The translations under genes and the position numbers were made by a program. The notes under the pieces are model-generated. The model searched no databases. It saw only the letters and a program-made list of their open reading frames with translations, and had not been told where the DNA came from. From a virus, in the IMG/VR virus record IMGVR_UViG_3300037760_000179, positions 29,708-93,707 of that record: DNA of 64,000 nt. One strand, given 5' to 3'. Positions 43,067 to 54,030 of this stretch are shown here, one piece after another; the stretch's first letter is position 1, and each line of letters opens with the position of its first letter.

Positions 43067-44269
43067 TCAGAACGGCGGTTCTCCCGACCGCCACGGGTCA
43101 TCCCAGTCGGGTTCCAACTCCTCGTGCTTGCTGACGACCATCGGCGAGCCGTCGACCTTCCACGTAAACGGCTCCTTCATCGCCTGCCGGAGGTGCTCCA
43201 GGCACCAGCTGATGTGGCCCTCACAGTCCCGCGTACGGAGCACGCCAAGCTGGACCTCCAGCTCCTCGTACCGCTTCGCCTCCTCGTCGGTCAGGTCACG
43301 ACTCTCCGCGCCGTCAATGATGGTCCGCAGCTGCGCAAGAACCTCCTGGCTCTCGTCCCAGCGTCGGCAGATCCGGCAGTTGTCGAACCACACCCTGGCC
43401 GCCGCCTTGCTGGGACAGGCAACGCTGAAGCGGCCACGCTTACTGCACATCGAAGCTGCTGGGCCGTACCGCCTGCCGCCCTTGCGGTGGCGGGCATAGC
43501 TGGCAGCCTCCGTTGCCACCTGCCACCATCGAGCCTTGGGCTTCTCCATGAAGACTCGTGCGGCCTCGATCCACTCGCCGCGTTCGTCCTCGGGCAACTC
43601 GCCCAGGTACTGCGAGGCGAACTCCGCAGCGACGAACCGGGCCGAACGCTCAAGAAGCTCCAGCTCGGTCCACGTCACGTCGAAGGAGACTTCTTCATCC
43701 TTGGCCCGTTCGCGGCAACGATCGACCTGATCCTGCGGTAGTTGGTTCAGCAGGTGCTCCAGTGCCCGCCGCACGGCAAAGGCGGCGCCGGACAACTCGA
43801 TAGCGGCCACCTCTGTGGCGTAGACCACCTCGTCCGCACCCACCAGCCCATCGTCGGGCTCCGCCGCAGCGATCTCCTGACGCGCCTTGTCCAGCCACTC
43901 CTCGTACTCCTCCGGTCCACTGCACTGAACGTGGAGCAGGTGGTCGGCATAGTCCCGCTTGGAGCCGACGGCCGTGCGGATGAGGTCAGCGCTGCTGGAC
44001 ACAAGCTGGTTGTGCGTTGAGTTGTAGAGCGGCCCCTCCTCCTTGATGGCCCGCTCCTCGGCGGCGAGGGCGGCCGAGCGCGACTCGAACTGCTCAACGC
44101 TGATGTGGTGGACCTCCACCCACCATGGCTTGTCTTTCTGGTGCTGGCCGACGCGTGCTGGCAGGTCCATGGTGATCCCGACGTACAGCAGCACGTCCGT
44201 CCGGTCGAAAAACCGGTACAGGGCGTGCGGCTTGCCGGGCAGCCCCACGAGCGCCTTACTGACCTGCAT
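43067..44269 (-). CDS. GIY-YIG nuclease domain protein
   Basis: ALYRFFD..LLYVGIT...R..QH...AE..AI..E.P.YN. Confidence 0.8.
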   Translation of the reverse strand: MQVSKALVGLPGKPHALYRFFDRTDVLLYVGITMDLPARVGQHQKDKPWWVEVHHISVEQFESRSAALAAEERAIKEEGPLYNSTHNQLVSSSADLIRTAVGSKRDYADHLLHVQCSGPEEYEEWLDKARQEIAAAEPDDGLVGADEVVYATEVAAIELSGAAFAVRRALEHLLNQLPQDQVDRCRERAKDEEVSFDVTWTELELLERSARFVAAEFASQYLGELPEDERGEWIEAARVFMEKPKARWWQVATEAASYARHRKGGRRYGPAASMCSKRGRFSVACPSKAAARVWFDNCRICRRWDESQEVLAQLRTIIDGAESRDLTDEEAKRYEELEVQLGVLRTRDCEGHISWCLEHLRQAMKEPFTWKVDGSPMVVSKHEELEPDWDDPWRSGEPPF

Positions 44270-44478
44270 CCCCTACTCCCTCTCCCCTGTGATCCGCCGG
44301 CTGATCTCCGCCGCGCCCGGGTCCGGCTCGGGCAGCTCGTCGGGGTGGACCGGATGCTGCTCGCCGAGTTGGCAGTGGCGGCACCGCTCCCGGCCGCGGT
44401 GGTCCGGCTGCCCGTCGCCGGCGAAGTGGTGCGGCTGCACGATCCGCACCGCGCCACGCGGCCGGCGCTTCCCCGCGG

Positions 44479-44751
44479 TCATGCCGCCACCGCCTCGGCC
44501 TGGACATCCGGGGCGGCCAGTTCCTCGTTCAGCAGCTGGGCGAAACGGCCGAGGTGCTCGGCGCGGAGTCTGGCCAGCGCACGGTTGTACGCGGCCTGGT
44601 AGTCCCGCCGCTGCTGGCGTGCGGACTCCGGCCCGGCTGCGCGCAGCCGCTGCCGGTAGGCGTTGTACGCCAGCCGGCACGGGTCGCATGGCCGCTCGGC
44701 CCGCCGCCGGTGTGACCGGTAGCCCCGATGGGTGCCGCAGGCCGCCATCAC
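44479..44751 (-). CDS. Small Cys/His actinophage protein
   Basis: CGT..GY..H...PCDPC. Confidence 0.65.
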   Translation of the reverse strand: MMAACGTHRGYRSHRRRAERPCDPCRLAYNAYRQRLRAAGPESARQQRRDYQAAYNRALARLRAEHLGRFAQLLNEELAAPDVQAEAVAA

Positions 44752-45209
44752 GCCACCCCCGCCCGGGCGGTACGGACATCCCCACGGCGCAACCCAGGGG
44801 CCAGGCTCATCCGCTGGCGGCGTTTCGCCACCGCCCCCGCGGTCAACCCAGTCGCCTCGGCGATCTCCTCATCGCTGCGGCGACGGCCGGTCATCGACCG
44901 GACCAGCGCGTCAACCCGGGCCGAATCCATTGCCTCGATCGGCTCCTGCCCCTCGTCCCACACGATCGGCGCGGCCCGCTTGATCGCCTCCCGGTGACGC
45001 ACCCAGCCCCACAGCACGTCCGGGTGCACCGAAGGGTCGACCGCGGCGGCGAGCAGAGCAACCAGGGCGGCCACCTCGTAGCCGTCCAGCGGTGCCACTA
45101 GGTCCCGCCACAGGACCATCGGCGGGTCGGTGCGGACCCTGCGCACCAGTTCGGCAGCCACCGGTGCCATCCGGTCGGCTAGGTCCTGCGGGTCAGGCGA
45201 GTTGAACAT
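44748..45209 (-). CDS. HTH DNA-binding protein
   Basis: SDEEIAEATGLTAGAVAKRRQR. Confidence 0.6.
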   Translation of the reverse strand: MFNSPDPQDLADRMAPVAAELVRRVRTDPPMVLWRDLVAPLDGYEVAALVALLAAAVDPSVHPDVLWGWVRHREAIKRAAPIVWDEGQEPIEAMDSARVDALVRSMTGRRRSDEEIAEATGLTAGAVAKRRQRMSLAPGLRRGDVRTARAGVA

Positions 45210-45548
45210 GGCCGGTTACCTCCTCCACGAGATCGGGGTGGGCGGTGGCGTAGTGGGCGGTGAGGGCGGCCAGCGCAGCGGCACGGTCGTCGGCCGGCCG
45301 GGTGGCCGGGACGGGCTGCCAGCGGGTGTGCGCCTTGCAGCCGGGTTCGCCGCAGCGCCACCGCGGGCAGGCCGGTTCAGCCGCCACCGTCGCCCACCTC
45401 CTCCCGGTCGCCGCTGGCATGGCGCGGTTCGTAGCCCAGCCCGGGCTCCAGCTCCCGGCACGCCTCGCACGGCAACTGACCGTGGGCCAGGTGCCGCTGC
45501 CGTGCCTCGCGGGTGCCATGAGGCTGTAGGTCGTTCGGGCCTGGACGT

Positions 45549-45980
45549 TCAGCCACGGGGGATCACCGCCTCGTACCGGTGCACCGTCGGCTGGAACCCC
45601 GCCCGGCGGGCAGCCTCTAGACAGCCCCGCGTCCCCGGGCTACGGCCACGCAGGAACCCGTGCACCTCGGCCGCGTCCCGCCGGCCGCCTCCAGCAACGT
45701 CAGCGGCGAAACTATGGACCATGCGCACGTTGCGCCGCTGCCCGGCCGCCGGCCACGGCCCGTCCAGCGTCACATCCACCGCGAACGCGGCCAGCGCCAC
45801 CGACGCCCCGGCGGCCTGCCGGTCCAGGTACCAGGCGTGCGAGGCCGCATCCGTCCCGTCCGGGCACATGCCCAGATACAGCACCATCTCGCCGTGCGCG
45901 AGCAGTAGCCCGTCCAGCACCGAGCGGACGTAGGCCGGCCGGTCCCACGCCCGGGACCCGGACACGATCAGCCGCAGCAT
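45549..45980 (-). CDS. SLOG/YspA-like (DUF2493) protein
   Basis: RLIVSGSR, CPDGTD, AGQRRN..MV, SPGT. Confidence 0.8.
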   Translation of the reverse strand: MLRLIVSGSRAWDRPAYVRSVLDGLLLAHGEMVLYLGMCPDGTDAASHAWYLDRQAAGASVALAAFAVDVTLDGPWPAAGQRRNVRMVHSFAADVAGGGRRDAAEVHGFLRGRSPGTRGCLEAARRAGFQPTVHRYEAVIPRG

Positions 45981-46173
45981 CAGCCGTCCACCTCCCCGCG
46001 GTCGGCTGGCACCGGCCGGCCGTCGACCACCGGTGTGCCCTCCGCCGAGCACCGCTCGCGGCGGCCGGGGGCCGGGTTCCGCCAGTGCCAGCCGATCATC
46101 GTCCCGGACAACCCGGTGCCGACCTTCTGCCGGCACACCGGGCACACGACGGTAGGCAGCGGCGGGATGGTGG

Positions 46174-46551
46174 TCACCGGTCCACCGCCGCGAGCTGGGC
46201 GGCCGGCTCCGGTGGCAGGTAGCGCCACTCGATCCGGGTCACCACGTCATCGGGCGTGCAACCCATGTGCGTGCAGAAGAACTCCACGAACTGCATCGGC
46301 GTGAGGTTCCGGAACCCTTCGCGGGCAACCTCGGTCGGGTCGATCGCGCCGAGCAGCACCCGGCGCACGTCGACCACCTCGACCTCGGCCAGCCGCACCA
46401 GCGGCTCACCCGGCCGTCGGCCCTGAACCTTTCGGCACAGGGTCAGCTGGTCGCCCGGGCGCAGGAACTGCCACCCGAGCCGGCGGGTGACGGTCTTCTG
46501 GCGGGCGATGACCTGCGGAGCGGTCAGCGCGACGGACATCAGTCGGGCCAT
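46174..46551 (-). CDS. ASCH-domain protein
   Basis: KTVTRRLGW..LRPGD, EVAREGF, VTRIEW. Confidence 0.75.
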   Translation of the reverse strand: MARLMSVALTAPQVIARQKTVTRRLGWQFLRPGDQLTLCRKVQGRRPGEPLVRLAEVEVVDVRRVLLGAIDPTEVAREGFRNLTPMQFVEFFCTHMGCTPDDVVTRIEWRYLPPEPAAQLAAVDR

Positions 46552-46940
46552 CAGGCACCACCGCCGTGATCCGGCTCACCATCGTGGGGGGTACCGGGCT
46601 CACCGGCACCTACAAGCCCAGCAGCGGCTACAACCGGGCGGCGTGCCTCGAAGTAGATCGCTCGGTCATCGGCGCCAATCACGCCAAGGTTGTGCCGCAT
46701 CGGGTGCTCTACCCAGGCGCACCGTTTCGCCGTGCGGATGCACTCCTCCGCGTCGGGCAGGTCCCAATCGGCACCGATGAAGCCGAGGAGGGTGTGGATG
46801 CGCTTCCGGCCCTCGCCGGGATGGTCGGTGCAGCCGGGGTGACCGCAGGTCGTGGCCTCCTCCGGGGCCGGCTCGGTCCAAGCCGCGCGCCGCAACGCGT
46901 CCAGTGCCTCCTCGTTGCTGATGTAGACCGGCTCGCTCAC
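46551..46940 (-). CDS. Hypothetical protein
   Basis: Coupled ORF, IGADWDL motif. Confidence 0.6.
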   Translation of the reverse strand: MSEPVYISNEEALDALRRAAWTEPAPEEATTCGHPGCTDHPGEGRKRIHTLLGFIGADWDLPDAEECIRTAKRCAWVEHPMRHNLGVIGADDRAIYFEARRPVVAAAGLVGAGEPGTPHDGEPDHGGGA

Positions 46941-47670
46941 TGCGCTGCCTCCTCCGGGACGTAGCGGGCAGCGTCCCGGCTAACCCTCGGGTCGCCGGGC
47001 GAGTAGTCCAGGCACGCCGGCCAGTGTTGGCGGACGTCGGTGCCCGAACCCCGGGTCACCCTCGGCAGCCGCCCCCGGGTCTGGTCGGTGTCGTTTTCCA
47101 CCCCGACCATGCACTTCGGCCAGCGGCGGTTCCCGTTGGTGTAGATCCGCTGCCGGTACCAGCAGGACCCGCAACGCGGCCCTTCGCCGGTGCGGTCGCG
47201 TGGCGCGTCGGGGTGTACCTGGATCGTCGGGTCTCGTAGCGCCAGCGCCAGCGGGTGGACGCCGTTGGCTACCGCCTGAGCCTGCCGGTGCGTCCGCCGT
47301 CGGTCTGGCGACAGCGCCTGCTCTGGCTCCACCGTGTACTGCCCGGTGTCGAACAGCGCATCAGCCACGGTCGGCCCCTGTCTGCTCTGGGGGCGGCGGC
47401 TGGTCTTCCTGGGTGGGGTTCCCGTCCCCACCCCCAGCCGCCGCCCGGTCTGCGCCCTCTCCCGGTGGCTGGCGGAGCACCAGCGCCCGCCCGTACGGGG
47501 TGTCCTCCTCCTGCCGGAGCGGGTTGGTGGCGTCCGGGTCGGTATGGATCACCAGCGGCTCGCCGTAGCAGTCCGCCCACCAGTCCCCGGCGGCACCCAG
47601 GACGGCGGCGGCGAGCCGCACGTCGGCCGGCAGCGGCAGGATGAGCAGCGGCGGGCAGGGCTCGGTCTGG

Positions 47671-48207
47671 TCAGGCACGGGGTTCTCCGATCACGTAGAC
47701 GTAAATGACAGCGCCGGGACGGTCGAGCGCCTGGGCGTGCTCACCCGGGTACGCCTTCGCCTGATCGCCGTCGACGATCTGGGCGTCGTCGCCGAGCACC
47801 CGGCCCATGGCAAGCTCGGGCCGCTTCGACGAGATGGCGTCCTCAACCGCCCGCACGTAGTGCGACAGGTCCGGTCGGGTGGCCGGCCAGGTCCGCTCAC
47901 CCTTCGGCGCGCCCTTCGGCTTGGGCACGGTGAAGTACGCCGACAGCGCCACCGGGCCGGCGACCGGGAACGTGTAGGGCCGGCCGATCCGCCGCGCCTC
48001 CACCATGGCGTTGTGGGCAGCGGCGGCCACCAGATGCCGCCACGGGAGCAGCTGTTCCTGGTTCTGGTGCACCGCCGGCCGGCCCTTGCCTAGGTGCCGT
48101 ACCGCGCCCTGCGGTACCGGCGTGCCGTACACCTGGAACGACACCACCGGGCCGTAGCGGGTGTACCAGCCGACATCGGTGCGGGCGAGCAGGTCCCGGC
48201 CGCTCAT
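47671..48207 (-). CDS. rusA: RusA-like Holliday junction resolvase
   Basis: GTPVPQG, RPDLS...RAVEDA, DDAQIV. Confidence 0.85.
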   Translation of the reverse strand: MSGRDLLARTDVGWYTRYGPVVSFQVYGTPVPQGAVRHLGKGRPAVHQNQEQLLPWRHLVAAAAHNAMVEARRIGRPYTFPVAGPVALSAYFTVPKPKGAPKGERTWPATRPDLSHYVRAVEDAISSKRPELAMGRVLGDDAQIVDGDQAKAYPGEHAQALDRPGAVIYVYVIGEPRA

Positions 48208-48470
48208 GCCGATGCCACCCGCCGCTTGAGCCGGCGGCGTTCGCGCTCGGACAGCCCACCCCAGATTCCGAAACGCTCGTCGTGGTCGAGCGCATACTCA
48301 AGGCATTCGTACCTGACCTCGCAGCGGTTGCAAATCCGCTTCGCCTCCCGGGTCGAGCCCCCCTTCTCCGGGTAAAACGCCTCCGGGTCGGTCTGCGAGC
48401 AGAGCGCCCGCTCCTGCCACTTCGGCGTGTTGTCCAGCAGGTCGACCCCGACCGTACGACCGTCCATCAC
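48204..48470 (-). CDS. whiB: WhiB-family Fe-S transcription factor (WhiB/WhiB2-like)
   Basis: ALCSQTDPEAFYPEKGGSTREAKRIC..C.V..ECL..GIWGGLSERERR. Confidence 0.95.
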   Translation of the reverse strand: MMDGRTVGVDLLDNTPKWQERALCSQTDPEAFYPEKGGSTREAKRICNRCEVRYECLEYALDHDERFGIWGGLSERERRRLKRRVASA

Positions 48471-49183
48471 GGCGTCTCCCCCCTGGTTGGCGTCTCCGCT
48501 GCGGTTTCGGCGGCAAGCCGATCCTCAAGGCGCGCGATCTCCACTGTCGAATGCCGCACGCCGCAGGTGCGGCAGTAGCCGCGGGGCTCGATCAGGTGCT
48601 CACCGACCGGGGTGATCTGCGCCTTGCGACGGGCCAGCGCCACCGCCTCGTCCAGTTCGGCCTGCGCGTAGACCCGCTGGATCACGGACCGGTCGGCGCC
48701 GAGCCACCGGCTGACCGGCTGCGGGCCGGTCAGCTGCCCCCAACTCAGCGGCGGTTCCGACCCGTCGTGTGCCAGGAACCAGTGATGGCCGGGCGGGTTG
48801 CCGCCCTCGTGGGCGGAGTGGTCGTCGCGGATCAACAGCACATACGGGTCGTCACCGACCACCACCCACGCGGCGTCGGGTGGTTCGGGCATCGTCTGCT
48901 CAGCCACGGTCCCCACCGCCTTCCTGAGGCTCGGCCACGGCCGGCCCCCGCCCGGCGGTCCACGCCTCGCCGAAGAAGTGTTCGATCTGCACCGTCAGCA
49001 CTCCTCCGGCGGCGGACAGGGTGACCGCCCCCGGTGGAACCTCGGCATCCGGTGGCTCGGCAGCGATCAGCCGGTAGTCCGACAGCGCCCGGTGCAGCGC
49101 GGCGATCGCGTCTGCGGCGTCAACCACGCTCGGGCCGGTGTCGGTGACGACGTGACGTTCCCGGCGCTCCCACTGCTCAGCCA

Positions 49184-49507
49184 TCAGCGGACCGCCTCTG
49201 CGTACCGGGCCACGGCGGCGTCCAGCTCCTCCACCGGAATGCGACCCGGGCGGTAGTCCTTGGCGTAGCCGCGCGGCGCCTCGGTGATCGTGCCCTCAGC
49301 GTCCAGGTAGAAGTAGTCAAACTTCTCCGTCACGTCACCGAGGTGGTTGCGGGAGTGGCTGACCGCCACCCGGATCGAATAGCCCTCGCCGTCCTTGTAG
49401 GCCACGGCGGGGTGCACCGTGCCGAACAACGCGAGCGGCGCCAGCTTGAACTCCTGCTGGATATAGGCGAACTGGATCACCCGCGCGGGCTTGCTCTTGG
49501 TTGCCAT
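49184..49507 (-). CDS. Hypothetical protein
   Basis: GAGGAG RBS; clean codon usage. Confidence 0.6.
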   Translation of the reverse strand: MATKSKPARVIQFAYIQQEFKLAPLALFGTVHPAVAYKDGEGYSIRVAVSHSRNHLGDVTEKFDYFYLDAEGTITEAPRGYAKDYRPGRIPVEELDAAVARYAEAVR

Positions 49508-49576
49508 GTCAGCTCTCCTCGCTGTTGTCGTTGCTCTGGTTGGGCCGGCGGCTCTGCCACTGGCCGGGACGTGTGA

Positions 49577-50122
49577 TCATGGCCCCGCGTCCCCAAAGTC
49601 GATTACTCGCCCGTCATCGGTCAGGTAGGACAGCTCTCCCCGGTACAGGACCGGCTCAGCCAGCGGGTTCTGCCACTCATCCAGCCGCAGCCCGTCGTCC
49701 TTGGCCTCGGCCGGCTGGTCGTGGGTTTGCTGGTGGCAGTTGCGGCATCCGTGCATGGTGTCGGAGAGCTGGTCGATCTGCTCCTTGGCTTCGCCGAACC
49801 GGCCGCCCATGCCCTGGGTGCGTCGGTGGCACACGTCGGTGGCCCACCAGGTGCAGCCGGGCTGGCCCGGCAGGCTCGGCAGCTGCATCTCGCACACCCC
49901 GCCGGAACGCTTCTCCAGCGCGGCCCGCTTGTCCGCCGGAACCGTCGCGCGGTGGCGGGTGGTCAGGGTGGCCCGTACCGGCTTCCCGGACGCCTCCGCC
50001 TCAGCGGCCCGCCGCCTGCCCACCTGCGCCAGCCCGACGTGCCGCGCCAGGGCCGTGCCGGCCTTGAACGCGGTCGTGGCGCGCAGCGGCTTGGTGCCGC
50101 GCGGCATCGGGCTACGTCGCAT
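49577..50122 (-). CDS. HNH endonuclease-like protein
   Basis: RSGGVCE..C...CHRR...GCRNCH. Confidence 0.7.
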   Translation of the reverse strand: MRRSPMPRGTKPLRATTAFKAGTALARHVGLAQVGRRRAAEAEASGKPVRATLTTRHRATVPADKRAALEKRSGGVCEMQLPSLPGQPGCTWWATDVCHRRTQGMGGRFGEAKEQIDQLSDTMHGCRNCHQQTHDQPAEAKDDGLRLDEWQNPLAEPVLYRGELSYLTDDGRVIDFGDAGP

Positions 50123-50636
50123 CGGGCACCTCGCCCCCAGCCGCCTCGGGTGGCGCCGGCAGGTGCAGCGAGACGGCCACCATGTCCAGCACCCGCCCTG
50201 CCGCCTCCGCCGCCGCCTCCCGGGCCGGCGCCTCCGGGGTGAGCGTCACCGAGCCCGGGTTGCCACCCGGGCGGACCTCCATGCCCGGGATGACCGTGCC
50301 TTCCCGGTCGGTCACCACGTTGCCGTCGACCCGGGCGCCGTCGCGTAGCGCCTTCACATACGCCGGGCGGACCCGCAGCTCCACCTCGGCCGGCCGGGTC
50401 AGGTTGACCCACTTCGCCAGCGTCTCGTGGTCCCGCACCACCGGTGCGGTACGCGACACCGGCAGCACCACCTGGGCCACGTCGGGCAGCCGCCACGACG
50501 GGGCGGTGCCCTGCTCGTCGAACTCGGCGTTCGCGTCGGCCTGGAGCTGCTGGCGGAACGCGGCCGCCCGGGCGGTGGCCTGCTCGGCCACCCGCTCCCA
50601 CAGCAGAATCTGCCGGATCAGGTCAGCCCGGTTCAT
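50112..50636 (-). CDS. Hypothetical protein in recombination module
   Basis: Helical N-term, GTVIPGMEV; adjacent to the Sak4-like gene. Confidence 0.6.
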   Translation of the reverse strand: MNRADLIRQILLWERVAEQATARAAAFRQQLQADANAEFDEQGTAPSWRLPDVAQVVLPVSRTAPVVRDHETLAKWVNLTRPAEVELRVRPAYVKALRDGARVDGNVVTDREGTVIPGMEVRPGGNPGSVTLTPEAPAREAAAEAAGRVLDMVAVSLHLPAPPEAAGGEVPDAT

Positions 50637-51691
50637 GCGCTCGCCCCCACGGTCTCGTCTGGCTGCGTCCGCCCCGCCGCGTCGTGCTCGGCGGAAAACC
50701 GCTCCTTGGCTACGCGGAGCGCATCCTTGATCCGGGTGCCCTCGGCCTCACTGATCTCCCCGTCGCGTACGGCCTTGACCACGTGCGGCCAAATCCGCTC
50801 CAGCGCGAGCAGGTCTTCGGCGGTTTCCACGCCGACCAGGAACGAGGCACACCGTGGCGACTCAGGCGCTTCGTCGCCGGCAACCATGGGAACCATCTCC
50901 CGGGAGCCGCTGGTGGCCGGGTTCCACCCGTACCGCTCGAAGATCAGCCACTCCAGGCTGAAATCACGTACCCGCTCCTCACGGTCCGCGCCGGGCCGGA
51001 TGCCGTTACGGACCGCCCGGAGCTTGATGATCCGGGGGTCCGCGTCGCGGGACAGCCGCACCCAGATGGGTACCGCCTTGGTGAAGTCCTTCTGCCCGGC
51101 GACCTTCCACGTCTTACGCGGGGTCGGCTGGCCGTTCTCGAACAGGGTGACTTCCTGCCCGTTCGACAGCAGCACGACGATGCCCGGGAACGTGAGCAGT
51201 TGAGCCATCAGCCTGTCCCAACGGGCGGTGGCGTCGTTCCAGAAGTTCGACCCGATGGTGTACTCGTAGTTCGGGTTTTCGGCCAGCTTCGCCCGGTTGC
51301 TCTTGGTGCTGCGGGCACGGTTGTCGGCCCACTCGGAAAGCATGTCCCAGACCGCGCCACCCTGGTCGATCGTGAGCACCGTCGGCCGCTCCCCGGCCTC
51401 TGCCGCCCGGCCCGCATCCGCCTTGGCGTCCTTTACCGCGCCGTACAGCGAATGCCAATCCCACGTCTCACTGGCGTTGTCCGGGGTGACGATCTCGTAC
51501 CGCGCGCCGGGGATCGCCCCGTACTGGTCGGCCGTGGTCTCCTTGCCCAGTTCGATCCACAGAGTCCGGCCGACCTTCGGCGACGCGGACAACTCGACCG
51601 CCGCCCAGCTTCGGCCTGATCCGGTCTCGCCTTCCAGTAGGCACAGCGGCGGCGGTACCATGCCGGTCGGCTTCCTCGTCTTGAGCGCCAT
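50633..51691 (-). CDS. Sak4-like AAA recombinase
   Basis: MALKTRKPTG..LLEGETGSGRSW; ATG at 51691. Confidence 0.7.
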   Translation of the reverse strand: MALKTRKPTGMVPPPLCLLEGETGSGRSWAAVELSASPKVGRTLWIELGKETTADQYGAIPGARYEIVTPDNASETWDWHSLYGAVKDAKADAGRAAEAGERPTVLTIDQGGAVWDMLSEWADNRARSTKSNRAKLAENPNYEYTIGSNFWNDATARWDRLMAQLLTFPGIVVLLSNGQEVTLFENGQPTPRKTWKVAGQKDFTKAVPIWVRLSRDADPRIIKLRAVRNGIRPGADREERVRDFSLEWLIFERYGWNPATSGSREMVPMVAGDEAPESPRCASFLVGVETAEDLLALERIWPHVVKAVRDGEISEAEGTRIKDALRVAKERFSAEHDAAGRTQPDETVGASA

Positions 51692-52745
51692 CACACGTCC
51701 TCCCGTCGGCTCATTGCCATGTCGTCGTCGATGTCCGCCCGGATGCACGCCGGGCATTGCCGGGATCCGGGCAGGTACAGCCGGTGGTCGGTCGGCCAGT
51801 CCGACCTCGCCGCCCCGCAGGTCACACACGGCGGGGCCTGCGCCCGCAGGTGGTCCAGCAGCTCCGGCGACCGCTGCACCACCAGGTGTCCCGGGCCATC
51901 CGGGCACACCGGGCACGTCATCGTCGCGCTCACCGCTGCCCACCGCCCTCGTCGTCGGCTAGCCGGGTGACGTGGGCCAGCAGCACCTGCCAGCCGCGCC
52001 ACGGCCCGGCCACCCCGTGGTGCCGCCAACCCCCGTCCTCGGCGATGTGGACGACCAGCGGACTGGCACCGTGTGCGGCGAACCACGCCTGCCAGGTGTG
52101 CACATCCGCCACGGTGGCCAGGGTCAGCCGGACCTGCGCGCGGGTCGAGAACGGGTCCACGACGGCCAGTAGCGGCTCCGGCAGCCCCTCGGCCAGCCCG
52201 GCGGCGAGCATCCGGTGGACGGTGGCGGACGGGACCGGCGCGTCCACGGCGGCGGCGGCGGGGGCGGTTGGGGCGTCGGCGGTCATCGGACGGCCTCCTG
52301 CCGCTCCAGCGCCTGCGCCAGCCTGCGCAGGGCCTTCCGCCGCCGGTCGTGCGCCCGAACCGCCCGCTGGTACGTCGGGCTGTCCACGTCGCCACGGCAT
52401 GCCCGCTCCGTACGGTCGTGTTGCGAGGTGCACATGCGCTCGGCCATCCGCTCGATGTCCAGGGCGCGCACCGGCCGGCCGGCCAGGTGCCGCTCGTACG
52501 ACTCGGTGACGGAGGCGACCAGCCGCTGGGCCGGGTACTCCCCCGGCTCTCCCGGCTCAGGTGGTCCGGAGCACGACGGGTCGATCGGCGTGGCGTAGTG
52601 CGGGCCGACGCCGGCGGGGATCTCGTGGACGTGCACCCAGTAGTGGGTGCCGGCGTGCTCCGCCACCTCGATCGGCTGACCGCATCCGGGGTACTGGCAC
52701 AGGGTGCGGCACCCCACCTGCGGAAGGGCGTGGGTGCTCTCGTAG

Positions 52746-53033
52746 CTACCGGACATCGAAGGTCACCCCCCGGTCGGCCACGCAAGAGCAAGCGGAGGCG
52801 TCGACACCCGCACACGTCGCATGCACTGCCACCGCTCCGCCGGTAGTCCATCCGGCCGGCTTCCGGTCACCCGGCTCGATCCCGACCGGGACCAGCGCCA
52901 CGCACCGGCCGGACAGGGACTCGTCGCACACCGGGCAGTCGAACGCCACATCGGCAAGCGGGTGGTCAGCCGCGACGTGCTTGACGGCCACGTGGGGTGG
53001 CTGAAAGTCGGCTTGTACCCGAACGGGGATCAT
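52746..53033 (-). CDS. Zn-binding hypothetical protein, paralog A
   Basis: DCPVCDE..VH..C. Confidence 0.7.
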   Translation of the reverse strand: MIPVRVQADFQPPHVAVKHVAADHPLADVAFDCPVCDESLSGRCVALVPVGIEPGDRKPAGWTTGGAVAVHATCAGVDASACSCVADRGVTFDVR

Positions 53034-53273
53034 CGTTCAGCCCTCCTGGCTCGCGCGGTCGGCGAGGTGCCGGTACGCGCATCCGTACTTCTCGGCCTGC
53101 GGCTCCAGCTGGCCCAGCCGCCGCTCCACCTCGCGCACAACCGCCGCCCAGTCCTGCTCGCCGATGTCCGGGTAGTCCCCCCACTCAGGTGGGTGGGAGC
53201 GGACTGCGGCGGCGAGGGCGTGCCGGGCAACGTCACGGATCGCCAGCTCGGTCATGCTCGGGTTGGTGGCCAT

Positions 53274-53543
53274 TCAGCGCACCACCCGGCAGGTGCACGT
53301 CTTCGGGTCGGCCCCGGCGCACTCGGCGTGCACACCCACAGCCCCGCCGGTGCACCACCCGGCCGGCTTCCGGCTGTGCGGCTCGATCCCGACCGCGACC
53401 AACGCCACGCACCGGTCGGACAACGTCTCGTCGCAAACCGGACAGTCAAACGGGGACTCCGCGAGCAGGTGGTCCGGCTGGACGTGCTTCACGGCGGCGA
53501 TGTGCGGCCGGGCGTCGGCCGGGATACGGACAGGGATCATCAT
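53274..53543 (-). CDS. Zn-binding hypothetical protein, paralog B
   Basis: Aligns along its whole length with 52746-53033. Confidence 0.7.
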   Translation of the reverse strand: MMIPVRIPADARPHIAAVKHVQPDHLLAESPFDCPVCDETLSDRCVALVAVGIEPHSRKPAGWCTGGAVGVHAECAGADPKTCTCRVVR

Positions 53544-53833
53544 CAGTGCACCTCAAGTTCGGGTTGGACCTGCGGCGGCGCGGTCTTACTGGTACGACCG
53601 CGCTTACGTTGGGCAGCCAGCCGGCTTTGCCGCCGCTGGTCTGCATTGCGCCGGGCAATCGGGGAATGCAGCAGGGCTGAGTTGTAGCAGCGCGGGCAGT
53701 CGTACCAAACCCCGCACCACTGCTGCTCATACGTCTGCCGGCTCAGCGGGCGCAGCTCCATCGGCCCGTGGCCCGAGTCCGAGGGGCACGCCGGGCGGGC
53801 AGCCGGGAGATGCGGCTCGACAGCGGTCAGCAT
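53543..53833 (-). CDS. Zn-finger protein
   Basis: CP..GHGPM...WCG.WYDCPRC. Confidence 0.6.
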   Translation of the reverse strand: MLTAVEPHLPAARPACPSDSGHGPMELRPLSRQTYEQQWCGVWYDCPRCYNSALLHSPIARRNADQRRQSRLAAQRKRGRTSKTAPPQVQPELEVH

Positions 53834-54030
53834 GGGAACACCGCCTCAACGGCCGCCATCTCGCGGTCCCGCTGGACCGCGTTGAACGGGTTGTCGAGAA
53901 GGGCTGCCGGACCGACCCGTGCCGGCCGCTGCCGCTGTTCCCGCTGCTGGCGGAGTGCGGAGACCCGCCGGGCGTGGCGTGCCCGGCGCTGCTCCCGGTC
54001 CGCTTCGGTGCTGGTAGTGGACGGCTTCAT
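53827..54030 (-). CDS. Small basic protein, probably leaderless
   Basis: TGnTACCGT -10 element 7 nt before the ATG at 54030. Confidence 0.55.
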   Translation of the reverse strand: MKPSTTSTEADREQRRARHARRVSALRQQREQRQRPARVGPAALLDNPFNAVQRDREMAAVEAVFPC

